From positions 1 to 17,574 of the forward strand of contig JBCCQQ010000093.1 of the NCBI GenBank assembly GCA_039024555.1: a stretch of DNA of 17,574 nucleotides, written 5' to 3'. Below, one piece after another: positions 5,869 to 15,649 of the stretch; the stretch's first letter is position 1; each line of letters starts with the position of its first letter. This DNA comes from Cyanobacteria bacterium P01_D01_bin.156 (GTDB lineage: Bacteria > Cyanobacteriota > Cyanobacteriia > Phormidesmidales > Phormidesmidaceae). Made by a program: the position numbers and the translations under genes. The notes beneath the pieces were generated by a model. That model was not told where the DNA came from. It ran no database searches and saw nothing but the letters and a program-made list of their open reading frames with translations.

Positions 5869-6098
5869 GGTCCTAAAGTGTGGTGTAGAAGTGTTCGAAT
5901 TTTAAAAGCGACGGAACAGGCATTAATTAGCTTGATCGGTCAGATTGGATCCAATCAATCTGACAAATGTGTTGCGATTGATTGGATTTTCAACAAGCTG
6001 CTAGCAAAAGAGCTCCTAAGAGAGCGTGTAGAAGATTGGTATCGTTGCTGAACTCTAGAATTTAATAGAATTCGTGTACGGTGTGATAACTGCTGGCA

Positions 6099-6698
6099 CT
6101 AGGCACACTGCATAGCTTTGCGTTCAGTATTTTCTGCACTATGCTGTCTGGATTTAGCAGTACTGATTTTATGACTAGATAGCTGTTGCGAAGCTGAAAA
6201 ATCAGATACTAATTGTCGATTCTTCTCTGACAAAAGCTGAGACAACACTAACTGAACAGAGGGTTCACAGGACTGTAGAAGCTGTCTAAATGTTTGTAGT
6301 GCAACAGTTTTTAAATCGTTTTGGATCTTTAGAGTCAACACCTGGTTAAGCCCAATTGCCAAGGAGTAGGGAGCCATCTTAGTCAGGCTGTACTTTGCTA
6401 AAACCGGTATTGACTGTTCAACAAAGATGTCTTGCTTACACAAAATTTTGACTAGCGGCAGAACAATGGCGCTACCAAACTTAGGAAACAACTGGGACAG
6501 CTGCTTACGAGTATCTTGAGATTGGCTGGTGATAAACAGATAAACTGCCAAACCTAGAAAATCGTCAAAGTCATAGGAATCAAGGTGTTCACCCACACCT
6601 TCCTGATTTGCAAGGGTGTACACCACCAGCCAATCAGTATGCTGAAGTGTGTGTTGACTGTGGAGTGTAACAAAACCTGGACTAATCGAAGTAGACAT
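6099..6698 (-). CDS. Short HEAT-repeat-like protein resembling the N-terminal half of cyanobacterial NirB-type proteins
   Basis: 199 aa, predicted all-helical. The pattern DW...L.LA......DTRKQLSQLFPKFGSAIVLPLVKIL...LA..SL...LK.VA...F.QL recalls PBS-lyase HEAT/NirB proteins (recognised from memory). Confidence 0.6.
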   Translation of the reverse strand: MSTSISPGFVTLHSQHTLQHTDWLVVYTLANQEGVGEHLDSYDFDDFLGLAVYLFITSQSQDTRKQLSQLFPKFGSAIVLPLVKILCKQDIFVEQSIPVLAKYSLTKMAPYSLAIGLNQVLTLKIQNDLKTVALQTFRQLLQSCEPSVQLVLSQLLSEKNRQLVSDFSASQQLSSHKISTAKSRQHSAENTERKAMQCA

Positions 6699-6889
6699 AA
6701 GCAGAAAGCTAGCTACATGCTAGTTTGGGGTTTACCAGAAGTTAAGCAGTTAAGGGAAAGTGTGTGATACCAACAGCGTTTGCAACGCCAAAATGAACTA
6801 TCAACTCAAAACCTGAAGCGTTTGCCTGAGCAATCAGAAACGTAAAACTAGTTAAATGCGATGCCTCGCCATAAACCTGAGGCAATTAA

Positions 6890-6903
6890 GTATCAATCGA
6901 TAC
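6890..6903. promoter_or_regulatory. Candidate NtcA binding site
   Basis: GTA-TCAATCGA-TAC, an exact GTA-N8-TAC with extended symmetry GTATC..GATAC. Confidence 0.6.
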
Positions 6904-6937
6904 GCTTTTCTAATTATGTTGTACAACCTATCAAAGC

Positions 6938-6951
6938 GTATTGCAAGCTAC
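6938..6951. promoter_or_regulatory. Candidate NtcA binding site
   Basis: GTA-TTGCAAGC-TAC(A), reading TGTAGC..ATAC on the minus strand, 48 bp from the other site. Confidence 0.55.
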
Positions 6952-7299
6952 AGAATGAAAAAAATTGCCCTAGCCATCAGGGTCTCATGACATTCAAGAT
7001 GGGGATCGCCCGATATATGGGGTATTTCACAAAAAAGCCCCGCTCTAATTCGAGGTCACGTGAGTAATATTTATCGAACTGAGAGATCGTCAGCGCCTTT
7101 AGGAGCGGGTATGTATGGTGCAGGTTTATTGCGAATACCTACAGATATTAAGCCGGTTTGAACCAGTCGGTGTATTAACCATCGGTTTCTCATGCTGAAT
7201 ACGTTAATTTTCCGACTTGGCAGGTTACGAGCTGAGAAAAGTTACAGCCGTTATATGAGATAAACTCACTCCAAGGAGTCACAATGGTGATTTTTACAG

Positions 7300-8097
7300 T
7301 TACTCGATAACAACTGCGTTGGCGTGACAATCTTTCAGCCATCGCTGAACCGCTTGCCCAATACTCCCCTGACTGCTATCGCGCGGCGGTAATAGCACAC
7401 TCTCTTGGTCACCAATGGCGGAAAACATAAATGCCATTTGCCACCCTGCATCACTGGGTACCAGAAACAGCCAGTGAAAATGTTGAATTGAGGTGGCATC
7501 TAGACCAGAATATTGTCGTTCTAGGGTGGTAAAGAATAGCTGATAGGTCTGCTGACTAATATCCGCCTGAGTCGTGTACACACGATCCCTGATTTCTAAA
7601 GGCATCTGATCAGGTTGGCTGGCTGTAATGACATAGGCGGGCCGATAGGCGGTGGCAATGTCTCCTACACTGCTTTGGAGAATACGGTTGGTATAGCTAG
7701 GAATGTCTCGTACCAACAGATTGGAAAGGGTGTCAAAGTCCTGTGGACAGGCTGTTTGCTCTCGAATAAAGCCGGTCTCAGATATTTCGATCGCTTCGAC
7801 TGTTTCAGGCTCTTTTGTTTCAGGTGCTTGGTCAGTCGTGGGGAGAGTCGGAGGGGTAGGAGGGTTAGGAGACTCTGCAGGTGGAGAAGCCGGAGGGAGA
7901 TCTAGAAGCTGGGCTAGGCTAGGGGAATTCCCGAAAAGAATGCTCCCAATGAGCATGCCGCTTAGTAATGCAGGGAAACTTATCAGAGAGCCGGGTTGTC
8001 TGCCATTGTGAGGCGATCGCAAGGAACGGCTCCTACCAACTTGTTTACTGACTAGGTTTAGTGAATAGCGCACAGCTCCAACATTATCCAATTTCAT
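7300..8097 (-). CDS. Conserved cyanobacterial hypothetical exported protein; start uncertain
   Basis: Open frame directly behind pyrF, with ATG 8097 overlapping the pyrF end. Hydrophobic signal-like stretch ending SLA-Q, a Pro-rich linker, then a domain CP....L...L.RD.PSY.NR...FFTTLERQY...FHWLFL...GW...MFS...PPRDSS.G.IGQAV..WL.DC. Confidence 0.8.
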   Translation of the reverse strand: MKLDNVGAVRYSLNLVSKQVGRSRSLRSPHNGRQPGSLISFPALLSGMLIGSILFGNSPSLAQLLDLPPASPPAESPNPPTPPTLPTTDQAPETKEPETVEAIEISETGFIREQTACPQDFDTLSNLLVRDIPSYTNRILQSSVGDIATAYRPAYVITASQPDQMPLEIRDRVYTTQADISQQTYQLFFTTLERQYSGLDATSIQHFHWLFLVPSDAGWQMAFMFSAIGDQESVLLPPRDSSQGSIGQAVQRWLKDCHANAVVIE

Positions 8098-8800
8098 CAC
8101 AGATTCGTTGAAATGCTGCCGCCGGGTCTGCCGCTTGGGTAATGGGTCGACCAATGACCAGATAGCTGGCTCCCGCTGCGATCGCATCTGCCGGTGTCAT
8201 CGCCCGCTGCTGATCCCCCTTAGCCGCCCAGGTGGGACGCACCCCTGGACACACCAGTAAAAAGTCATCGCCACAAATACGCTGCAGGGTGTCTGCTTCC
8301 TGAGGGGAGCAGACAATCCCACTAAGGCCGCTATCCTGGGCCAGCAATGCCATTTGGGTGGCATAGTCCGTCAGCTCTAAGGAGACCTTGAGCTCAAACG
8401 CAAGATCCCGTGTATTGATGCTGGTGAGTAGGGTGACGGCAATCAGGTTAGGGGGCGGGCAGTTGGCTTGGGCAGCCCCCTCTAGGGCAGCCGCCTGGGC
8501 TGCTTTAAGGGCGGTGCCCCCGGCTGGGGCGTGGACGGTGACGAGATCCACACCATAGCGACCGGCGGCGCGGCAGGCTCCGGCCATGGTATTGGGAATG
8601 TCGTGAAATTTTAGGTCCAAAAAGATGCGCTTTTGTCGCTGTTTTAGCTGCTCTAGTATGGCGGGGCCGCAGCTAACAAATAGCTCCAGACCCACTTTCC
8701 AAAAGGTAACCTCAGGAATAGCATCGAGCAGTGCGATCGCATCCTCAAACGTGGGCACATCCAACGGCACAATAATCTTTTCAGCTGCGGTTTGTCCCAT
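8084..8800 (-). CDS. pyrF: Orotidine-5'-phosphate decarboxylase
   Basis: [27 protein letters not shown] signature, [20 protein letters not shown]. Start overlaps the tyrS stop (TAATG). Confidence 0.98.
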   Translation of the reverse strand: MGQTAAEKIIVPLDVPTFEDAIALLDAIPEVTFWKVGLELFVSCGPAILEQLKQRQKRIFLDLKFHDIPNTMAGACRAAGRYGVDLVTVHAPAGGTALKAAQAAALEGAAQANCPPPNLIAVTLLTSINTRDLAFELKVSLELTDYATQMALLAQDSGLSGIVCSPQEADTLQRICGDDFLLVCPGVRPTWAAKGDQQRAMTPADAIAAGASYLVIGRPITQAADPAAAFQRICDEIG

Positions 8801-10041
8801 TACGCCACCAGCCTTACAAACTTTTTCTTACCCACCTGGAGCACCTTGCCCGTGAGTTCATCAGGGCTAGCAAACTCAATATTGGGGTCGGTAATTTTTT
8901 CCCCATCCAGCTTGACCGCCCCACCTTTAATCTGGCGACGGGCATCGCTGCTGCTGCTACATAGCGGTGTGGCCCCCAGCAGATAGAACGCCTTTGCCGG
9001 AAAGTTAACGGCAGCTAGGTCAAATTCTGGCACCGCCTCAGCTTGGCCTGTCCCCCTCTGCACCAGATTAATGGCATCCTTTTGGGCCTGCTGGGCGGCA
9101 GCGTCTCCGTGGTATTGGCCAGTCACATCCAGGGCCAGCTGCTTCTGCGCTTCCCGAGGATTGTCGGGTAGGCTGCTCAAATCCTGCTTTGTAAGCAGTT
9201 CAAAGTAGTTCTTAATCAGATCGTCCGGCACCTTCTCCAGTTTGGAATACATGGATAGGGGATCTTCTTGAAGGCCCACATAGTTGCCCAGGGATTTGGA
9301 CATTTTTTGGGTGCCATCGGTGCCCAGCAGCAGCGGTAACAACATGCCAAACTGGGGCGTTAGCCCAAAGTGGCGCTGCAGGTCACGCCCCACCGCCACA
9401 TTAAATTTCTGGTCCGTGCCCCCCAGTTCCACATCCGACTGGAGCGCCACTGAGTCGTAGCCCTGGAGCAGCGGGTAGAGAAACTCATGTAAATAGACCG
9501 GGTTACCTTGGTCGTAGCGTTTGGCAAACCCTTCTTTGGCGAGCATTTGGCCCACGGTCATGGTGCCCAGCAGCTCAATGATTTTGCCCAGGTCCAAATC
9601 CGATAGCCATTCCGAGTTGTAGCGAATCTCTAAACGACCGGGGGTGTCAAAATCCAAAATGGGTCGTACCTGCTCAATGTAGGTTTCGGCATTGGCCTTA
9701 ACCTCCGCTTCCGTCAGCTGTTTGCGCACCTCTGACTTACCCGTTGGGTCACCAATGCGGGCGGTAAAGTCCCCAATTAGTAGGATTGCCGTGTGGCCCG
9801 CATCCTGAAATGCCCGCAGCTTTCTGACCGGAATACTGTGGCCCAAGTGAATTTCCGACCCGGTTGGGTCGATGCCTAGCTTAATGCGCAGGGGGCGATC
9901 GCTTTTCTGGAGTCGGGCCAACAAGTTTTCATTGGGGTCCTCAGATTCAGGCTGGTGGGGAAATACATCACTAACGCCGCGATAGATCCCATCAAATTCG
10001 CTGGGAATAGAGGGCATGACAAAATTGGAAGCCTCGGTCAT
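8800..10041 (-). CDS. tyrS: Tyrosine--tRNA ligase
   Basis: [13 protein letters not shown] (HIGH), [37 protein letters not shown], and a C-terminal S4-like domain ([18 protein letters not shown]...QVGKKKF). Confidence 0.98.
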   Translation of the reverse strand: MTEASNFVMPSIPSEFDGIYRGVSDVFPHQPESEDPNENLLARLQKSDRPLRIKLGIDPTGSEIHLGHSIPVRKLRAFQDAGHTAILLIGDFTARIGDPTGKSEVRKQLTEAEVKANAETYIEQVRPILDFDTPGRLEIRYNSEWLSDLDLGKIIELLGTMTVGQMLAKEGFAKRYDQGNPVYLHEFLYPLLQGYDSVALQSDVELGGTDQKFNVAVGRDLQRHFGLTPQFGMLLPLLLGTDGTQKMSKSLGNYVGLQEDPLSMYSKLEKVPDDLIKNYFELLTKQDLSSLPDNPREAQKQLALDVTGQYHGDAAAQQAQKDAINLVQRGTGQAEAVPEFDLAAVNFPAKAFYLLGATPLCSSSSDARRQIKGGAVKLDGEKITDPNIEFASPDELTGKVLQVGKKKFVRLVA

Positions 10042-10062
10042 GGTGAGTTGCTATGGGTAGAC

Positions 10063-10194
10063 ATGGGCATTGCTGATCCTCGAAATAATTGTCAATGGGT
10101 TGGGCTATCCCTTAAATCAGCAATGGCGAATGGGCATTGCTGATCCTCGACATGATTTAAGTGGATTGGTTTATTCCCCTAAATCAGCAATGAC
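10063..10194. repeat. Two tandem 65-bp elements with 10-bp terminal inverted repeats (CATTGCTGAT...ATCAGCAATG)
   Basis: Copies at 10063-10127 and 10130-10194. The first 21 nt are identical, TAAATCAGCAATG is shared, and the centres are diverged. Confidence 0.9.
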
Positions 10195-10705
10195 TAAAAA
10201 TGCGCCGTGAACCATCAATAAATCTCCGCACAATTGACTAAGTTTCTAAAATGGCCTAGACATTTGGACGGAATCCACTATAGTGGCGGATAACAAATTT
10301 CAAATTTCCCATTAAAACGAATGGGAAACCGTCAGCGAGTGCTTATCATAGGACACTCAGGAAAGGCTCGAGCAACCTATTCACCTAAGCTGCTTAAGAT
10401 CATAGGAATGCCAGTCACCCTGCCCATTTGCCGCTGCTGATTCGGAAATGAACCGATGTGCATGTACATATCGGACCCTATTGGTAACTTCATCCCGAGC
10501 ACCAGCAGCGCCCAAATCATTCTACTGGTCAGATGAATCTGCCGAAACCATAAACGTCTGCTGTTTTACTCTGTTCTAGTCAAAGCTATTTTTTCCTTTT
10601 AGGAAATCAATTGTTTTAACTTGAATGTTATTTGGCTACTTTTAATGGCTGTGAGCCTTATAATTTATGGCCCGCCGTGTATTTACGTAAGGATGTAGCG
10701 TATCT

Positions 10706-12628
10706 GTGGCATTTAATACTATTCGTCAATCTAGAGTTCCTTTAGCCCTGCAGGGTGAGCCCAAGCTACTCCAGCATATTCAAGATGTATTGCAGATCAG
10801 TGGAGCCACGCTGCTGACGGCGACCATGCTATGTAGTGCGGTGGCGGCAGGTGGCCTGGTGGGACTGGCCATTAGCTTCAGAAATTTGCCAGATGTGCGA
10901 GCTCTGCGTAACTACATTCCTACAGAAACCAGCTACATCTACGATATGGAGGGCAACCTCCTAGACAGTTTGCACGATGAGGCCAATCGAGAGGTTGTTG
11001 ACCTCAATCAGATTTCTCCCCACTTAAAGCGGGCCGTTCTAGCGGTGGAAGATAGCGACTTTTATACCCACACTGGCATTAATCCGGTGGGTATTGGTCG
11101 AGCGTTTTTGGCTAACTTTCAAGCGGGTAATACGGTTCAGGGTGGTTCCACCATCACCATGCAGCTGATTAAGAACCTGTTTTTAACCCCCCAACAGGCC
11201 ATCAGCCGGAAGGTGGCGGAGGTTGTTTTATCCCTGCGTCTGGAGCAGATTTTCGAGAAAGATGAAGTTCTCGAAATGTATCTTAATCAGGTTTACTGGG
11301 GCCACAATACCTACGGTGCAGAGACTGCGGCCCAAAGCTACTTTAATAAGTCATCTAAGGATTTAACCCTGGCGGAAGCGGCCATGATGGCTGGACTGAT
11401 TAAGGCTCCAGAAGGTTTGAGTCCCTTTGTGGACTATAAAGCGGCCAAACGGGAACAGTCCCTGGTGCTAAATCGGATGGCTAAGCTGCGGTGGATTTCG
11501 CAGGCGGAAGCAGAGGCGGCTAAAAAACAACCCCTACGACTAGGGGAAGTTACTTCGTTTATCTCTAGCAAGGCCCCCTATGTCACCGAAGCGGTGGTAC
11601 AAGAACTCCAGGAACAGTTTGGCCAAGAAGCGGTGGTCAAAGGGGGAATGCGGGTACAAACCACCATCGATATTAAGCTCCAGAGTCTGGCCAAGCAAAC
11701 GGTCAAGTGGGCCCATGCCAATCGCTTTGCCAATGGGGCCATTGCTGACCAAATTGCCCTAGTGGCGGTTGATCCACGCACCCACTATGTAAAGGCCATT
11801 GTCGGTGGCGTAGACCATAAAAGCAGCCAGTTTAATCGAGCGGTGCAGTCCCGTCGTCAGCCGGGGTCTTCCTTTAAGCCCTTTGTGTACTACGCTGCAT
11901 TTGCCTCGGGGCGCTACACCCCTGAAAGCATTATTGGGGATTCCCCCGTCAGCTACCCCGATGGGTCTGGCTACTATTCTCCTAAAAACTATGGCGGTTC
12001 CTTTATGGGCAGTATGCCGATTCGGCGGGCTTTGGAGCTGTCTCGCAATATCCCTGCGGTGAAGCTGGGCCAAGCAGTTGGCATTTCTCGGGTGATTGAT
12101 GTGGCCCGCACGCTGGGTATTGAAAGCCCTATGGACCCAGTGATTTCGTTGCCCCTAGGTTCAGTGGATCTAACTCCCATGGAAATGGCCGGGGCCTATG
12201 CCACCTTTGCCAATAATGGCTGGCACTCTGATCCAACGCTGATTGCCCAGGTAACGGACAGCGATGGTAACGTGCTACTGGACAATACGCCCAAACCCCA
12301 GCTGGTTCTGGATCCTTGGGCGACGGCGGCCCTTAACGATGTATTGCGGGGAGTGCTTGAGCGAGGCACAGCCACCAATGCCCGCATTGGCCGACCGGCG
12401 GCGGGTAAAACCGGGACTACCGACTCCCAGCGGGATGTTTGGTTTGTGGGCTATGTGCCCCAGCTGTCGGTGGCGGTGTGGGTAGGCAACGACGACTACA
12501 GTCCCATGGGTCGCGGGGCGACGGGGGGTAGCTATGCGGCACCCATCTGGCGTGACTATATGGTGCAAGCGTTACGGGATCAGCCGGTACAAAATTTCCG
12601 GCGTCCGTCTGAGTTTATTCGCCCTTAG
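10706..12628 (+). CDS. mrcA: Class A penicillin-binding protein (PBP1A family transglycosylase/transpeptidase)
   Basis: GTG start and one N-terminal TM. GT51 motifs EDSDFYTHTG, QGGSTITMQL, RKVAE, KDEVLEMYLN. Transpeptidase motifs SSFK, SRN, KTGT. Confidence 0.95.
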   Translation: MAFNTIRQSRVPLALQGEPKLLQHIQDVLQISGATLLTATMLCSAVAAGGLVGLAISFRNLPDVRALRNYIPTETSYIYDMEGNLLDSLHDEANREVVDLNQISPHLKRAVLAVEDSDFYTHTGINPVGIGRAFLANFQAGNTVQGGSTITMQLIKNLFLTPQQAISRKVAEVVLSLRLEQIFEKDEVLEMYLNQVYWGHNTYGAETAAQSYFNKSSKDLTLAEAAMMAGLIKAPEGLSPFVDYKAAKREQSLVLNRMAKLRWISQAEAEAAKKQPLRLGEVTSFISSKAPYVTEAVVQELQEQFGQEAVVKGGMRVQTTIDIKLQSLAKQTVKWAHANRFANGAIADQIALVAVDPRTHYVKAIVGGVDHKSSQFNRAVQSRRQPGSSFKPFVYYAAFASGRYTPESIIGDSPVSYPDGSGYYSPKNYGGSFMGSMPIRRALELSRNIPAVKLGQAVGISRVIDVARTLGIESPMDPVISLPLGSVDLTPMEMAGAYATFANNGWHSDPTLIAQVTDSDGNVLLDNTPKPQLVLDPWATAALNDVLRGVLERGTATNARIGRPAAGKTGTTDSQRDVWFVGYVPQLSVAVWVGNDDYSPMGRGATGGSYAAPIWRDYMVQALRDQPVQNFRRPSEFIRP

Positions 12629-12661
12629 ACCGTTTCAAATTATGTAAGCAGAGGGTGGCCT

Positions 12662-13969
12662 ATGTTTGATGACAATAGCTCTGCTGATGATTCACTCCAT
12701 GGGTTGCTGAACCAGTATGCTCAGACGATGGCCGCTCTGGGCCGTTCAAGCAGTGCCCCAGAGACTGTTTTAGATGCGTTGTTGGTGCGCGATCGCATCC
12801 AGAACCTATTAAAAGACGGCACCCTAAACGGCGAGGATTTAGTCCGTCTAGATCAGCTCGATGCCCAGCTTAAAACCCACGAAGATACCATTAGCCAAAC
12901 CCCGGACCTAGGCCGCTGGCGAGGCACCTATCAGCCAGAGACTGATGCCTGGTGGTGGCACCCAACCGCCAAAAATGCCAAACAGCGAAACCGTTATGAC
13001 TGGCTGTGGAATGGTTTATCGGTGGCATTCCTTACCGTATCAGCCAGCTTAATTTTAAATACGGCCTCCCGGTTTTGGAGTGGCGGCATTGCCTCAGCAG
13101 GTACGCTGGCAGTAGCCGCCCAAAGTGTAATGACGCTGATTGTGGGTAAGGGAGCACTAACGGACTCGGGGCGAAAAGCCTGGGAGCAGATTTTAAAGCG
13201 GCGAGGGGTGCCTGAGTACCACTGGCAGGAATGGAGCTGTGGGGCAGCAGGTGTTGTTTTGCTAGGCGTAGCAGCTATCCACGGGTCGATGCCTCGGTTT
13301 GCCACCTGGTATAACGGCTGGGGCGTTAAGGATTACGAGGCGGATCGTTTAGCTAGTGCGCTGCAAAACTATCAGGTGGCGATTAACCTTAGCCCTGACT
13401 ATGCCGAAGCGTACTACCACCTGGGGGTGCTATACGAGGATTTGCAACAGCAGGCAGATGCCATTGAAGCGTATCAGTTTGTGGTGGAGCGGGGACCTGA
13501 TGTGGTTGACCTACAAACCTGGTTAGAGGCCAATAACAACCTAGGCCGACTGTACATTTTGCAAGAAGATTATCGGGCGGCGGTCACCCTGTTGCTGCAG
13601 GGCTCTGAAGAGGTTTCTGAACAGGTCGTAGAAGAGGGTACTGCAACAGACCTAGCCAAGGTGGAGTACAGTTTGCTTAAAAATTTAGGCTGGGCTCGGT
13701 TGGAACAAAAACGCTATGCCGAAGCAGAAGCCTCTTTAGATGAGGCAATTCTGGTATTGGAAGACAGTCTCTCTGGTGATGAATCTGTCATTAATCCGGG
13801 GTCTGCCTATTGTTTAATGGCGCAGGTATTAGATGCCCAGGAGCTAGTCGGTGAAGCCGATGGCTTTTGGGAAACGTGTCTGATCGAAGCCGATGCAGGG
13901 AATCCAGATGAGGATACTTGGCTGGGGGTATACGAGCAGAGATTGCAGGCGGAAGAGGCTGGCGAATGA
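12662..13969 (+). CDS. Membrane protein with C-terminal TPR repeats
   Basis: 435 aa. Helical N-terminal domain ending in WR....P...AWWW, 2-3 hydrophobic segments, then TPRs (ALQNYQVAINLSPDYAEAYYHLGVLYE; ANNNLGRLYI; LLKNLGWARLEQKRY). Confidence 0.9.
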   Translation: MFDDNSSADDSLHGLLNQYAQTMAALGRSSSAPETVLDALLVRDRIQNLLKDGTLNGEDLVRLDQLDAQLKTHEDTISQTPDLGRWRGTYQPETDAWWWHPTAKNAKQRNRYDWLWNGLSVAFLTVSASLILNTASRFWSGGIASAGTLAVAAQSVMTLIVGKGALTDSGRKAWEQILKRRGVPEYHWQEWSCGAAGVVLLGVAAIHGSMPRFATWYNGWGVKDYEADRLASALQNYQVAINLSPDYAEAYYHLGVLYEDLQQQADAIEAYQFVVERGPDVVDLQTWLEANNNLGRLYILQEDYRAAVTLLLQGSEEVSEQVVEEGTATDLAKVEYSLLKNLGWARLEQKRYAEAEASLDEAILVLEDSLSGDESVINPGSAYCLMAQVLDAQELVGEADGFWETCLIEADAGNPDEDTWLGVYEQRLQAEEAGE

Positions 13970-15348
13970 GCGTTGGAATATGGAAAGGGGAAGTGTCCGG
14001 TCTCTCCCTTACGAAGGGGGAGTTAGAGGGGGTTAGACGACCGGAAATGCCAGTTTTCAGAACTTGTGTATCCTTCAGGGAGGGGGTTCAACAGGAGGCG
14101 CAAGTATCGAGGACCCCTCCGCCTGTGGCACCTCCCCTTGGTAAGGGGAGTACATTAGCGGTTGGTGATGGGGCGAAGGGTATTCAGGTCCCCCTAGCCC
14201 CACAATACTGGGGGAGACAAGACTCAAAGCCCCCAGTATTGGGGGGTTGGGGGCCGCCAATACGCTTGTCATATTACAAAACTCTCGGTCTTCTGCTTGT
14301 ACTACAGACCTTTTTCCCTTTAGCCGCTTTGGCGTCTGCTCGCATTGTTACTATTCAGCGTGGCACTGTTCAGGTGCAGCGTCGCGGTAGTTCTGGCTAC
14401 GAGACGGGGCGTGTGGGCACTCGGCTAAATCCGGGGGATGCGATTTTGCCGAGTCGGCGGGCGCGGGTGTTGGTGCAGTGTCCTGGTAGTGCCAGGGGAC
14501 GGCGGGTAAGGGCGGGGCGGTTGTCGGGGCTGCGGGTGATTTGTCCAAATTTGTTGCGTTCTACCGATCCGCGTGGGGATAGTAGTTTGCCGCAGCTGCT
14601 GGAGGGGCGGTTTCCATTTAAGCCGCAGGTGTTGGGGACGGTTCCTAGGTTTTACTGGCCTGGATTGGCAGGTACACCGGAGTATCAGGTGCAGCTGCTA
14701 CAGCAGACCTATGTGCAGCCAGAGTCGGCGGATGAGTTTAGTTTTGCTGCGCCTGAGCTAGTGGAGACGGTGGTATGGGAGGCCACTGTGAATAACAATA
14801 GTCTGTTGTATTCCGGGCCGGAGTTTGAACCGGAGGGGCGGTATCGACTGCGGGTGATGGTGGGTGATGAGCTGCACTATGGGGTTGTTTTTGAGGGTTT
14901 GGCACTGGACCAGCGAGATGAGGTGAGTGCCGCTATTGCTGCTGTGGTGGGTGGGGAACAACTTGTTGAGCAGGCGTTGCCAGTGGCGTATTTGCAGCTG
15001 GAGCAGGAACTGTTTTGGGAGATGGTGAGTACGCTGCGACCAGCGGTGGAAGCGGGTGGTGCTTCGGCGGAAATGCATCGGTTGTTGGCGGAGAGCTATT
15101 TGCAGCTGGGGCTGTATGGGCTGGCGGAAACGCACTTTGGTACGGCGGTGGCGCTGGCGGATGAGGGGGATGATTTGCGGACTCGGGCTGAGGGTTGGGT
15201 TGGGTTGGCAAAAGTAGCGGCGGCACAGCAGGATGAGGCGTTGGTGCGGCAGCGGTTGGAGATGGCGCAGGTTTTGTATGGGGTGTTGGAAGAGGATGAG
15301 GGTTGGGGGCGGACGATTGAGGAGTGGTTGGTGGGATTGGCAGAGTAG
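13966..15348 (+). CDS. Exported protein with a beta-rich (FecR-like/Ig-like) N-terminal region and C-terminal TPR; N-terminus built from in-frame palindromic repeats
   Basis: ATG 13966 overlaps the upstream TGA (ATGA). A signal-like segment (YKTLGLLLVLQTFFPLAALA) only appears at about aa 100, followed by GTVQVQR....Y.....G..L..GD.I, P.FYW......YQV and a TPR (LLAESYLQLGLY..A...F..A). A later start (e.g. TTG about 14266) is possible. Confidence 0.8.
   Translation: MSVGIWKGEVSGLSLTKGELEGVRRPEMPVFRTCVSFREGVQQEAQVSRTPPPVAPPLGKGSTLAVGDGAKGIQVPLAPQYWGRQDSKPPVLGGWGPPIRLSYYKTLGLLLVLQTFFPLAALASARIVTIQRGTVQVQRRGSSGYETGRVGTRLNPGDAILPSRRARVLVQCPGSARGRRVRAGRLSGLRVICPNLLRSTDPRGDSSLPQLLEGRFPFKPQVLGTVPRFYWPGLAGTPEYQVQLLQQTYVQPESADEFSFAAPELVETVVWEATVNNNSLLYSGPEFEPEGRYRLRVMVGDELHYGVVFEGLALDQRDEVSAAIAAVVGGEQLVEQALPVAYLQLEQELFWEMVSTLRPAVEAGGASAEMHRLLAESYLQLGLYGLAETHFGTAVALADEGDDLRTRAEGWVGLAKVAAAQQDEALVRQRLEMAQVLYGVLEEDEGWGRTIEEWLVGLAE
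14002..14255. repeat. Cluster of three different cyanobacterial palindromic repeats
   Basis: 14002-14033 CTCTCCCTTACGAAGGGGGAGTTAGAGGGGGT; 14112-14150 (36/39 to the reverse complement of 48-86); and the imperfect inverted pair 14187-14214 / 14230-14255 (CAATACTGGGGG / CCCCCAGTATTG). Confidence 0.88.
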
Positions 15349-15382
15349 GGCAAGTGTTGATCGGTTTGTAGCGTTAGTGGTG

Positions 15383-15518
15383 ACCCACCCCGCCTGACCG
15401 GCACCCCTCCCGAGAGAGGATGGATTGAGGAATTATTCTCACTAGACAGATGCTTACTTGCAAAACTCAGACAACCAGCTGAGCACTTTCCCCTCCGGGG
15501 AGGGGCTCCGGGGTGGGT
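15383..15518. repeat. Inverted pair of ACCCACCCC...CCCCTCCC-type palindromic repeats in an intergenic region
   Basis: 15383-15420 ACCCACCCCGCCTGACCGGCACCCCTCCCGAGAGAGGA and 15488-15518 TTCCCCTCCGGGGAGGGGCTCCGGGGTGGGT. Confidence 0.8.
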
Positions 15519-15649
15519 TTCTGGACTATTGGCTGCCAACACATATAGCCATAGCTTGGAAAAATCCGAAATTTTGATTGTGATGCTGTAAGAAGTTTGT
15601 AGGCCAATGTATAAAAATACTTGGTAGGTCATCGCCCCTTCGCTTTCCT

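Noticed and set aside
6861..7067. 68-aa ORF on the plus strand
   Set aside because: No RBS or recognisable motif, and it overlies the NtcA-box promoter region.
7154..7188. AACCAGTCGGT / AACCATCGGTT near-repeat as a regulator site
   Set aside because: Short and imperfect, with no matching known motif; could be chance.
7284..7310. 8-codon micro-[11 protein letters not shown] behind AAGGAG
   Set aside because: It overlaps the stop of the convergent gene and has no other support.
8098..8187. N-terminal part of the 295-aa ORF
   Set aside because: It lies inside pyrF in another frame; a later start is more plausible.
9955..10143. 62-aa plus-strand ORF
   Set aside because: Antisense to the tyrS start and made largely of the 65-bp repeat.
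10063..10194. Mini CRISPR array or T-box leader for tyrS
   Set aside because: Only two units, with cores clearly related to each other. No T-box consensus or specifier stem was seen.
11540..12568. Several short ORFs within the PBP1A gene (and similar shadow ORFs in rbp, pyrF, tyrS, the TPR and CHAT genes)
   Set aside because: Antisense or alternate-frame shadows of well-supported genes, with no recognisable motifs.
15096..15632. 178-aa minus-strand ORF
   Set aside because: It spans palindromic repeats and the antisense of a TPR gene, and the composition is not protein-like.
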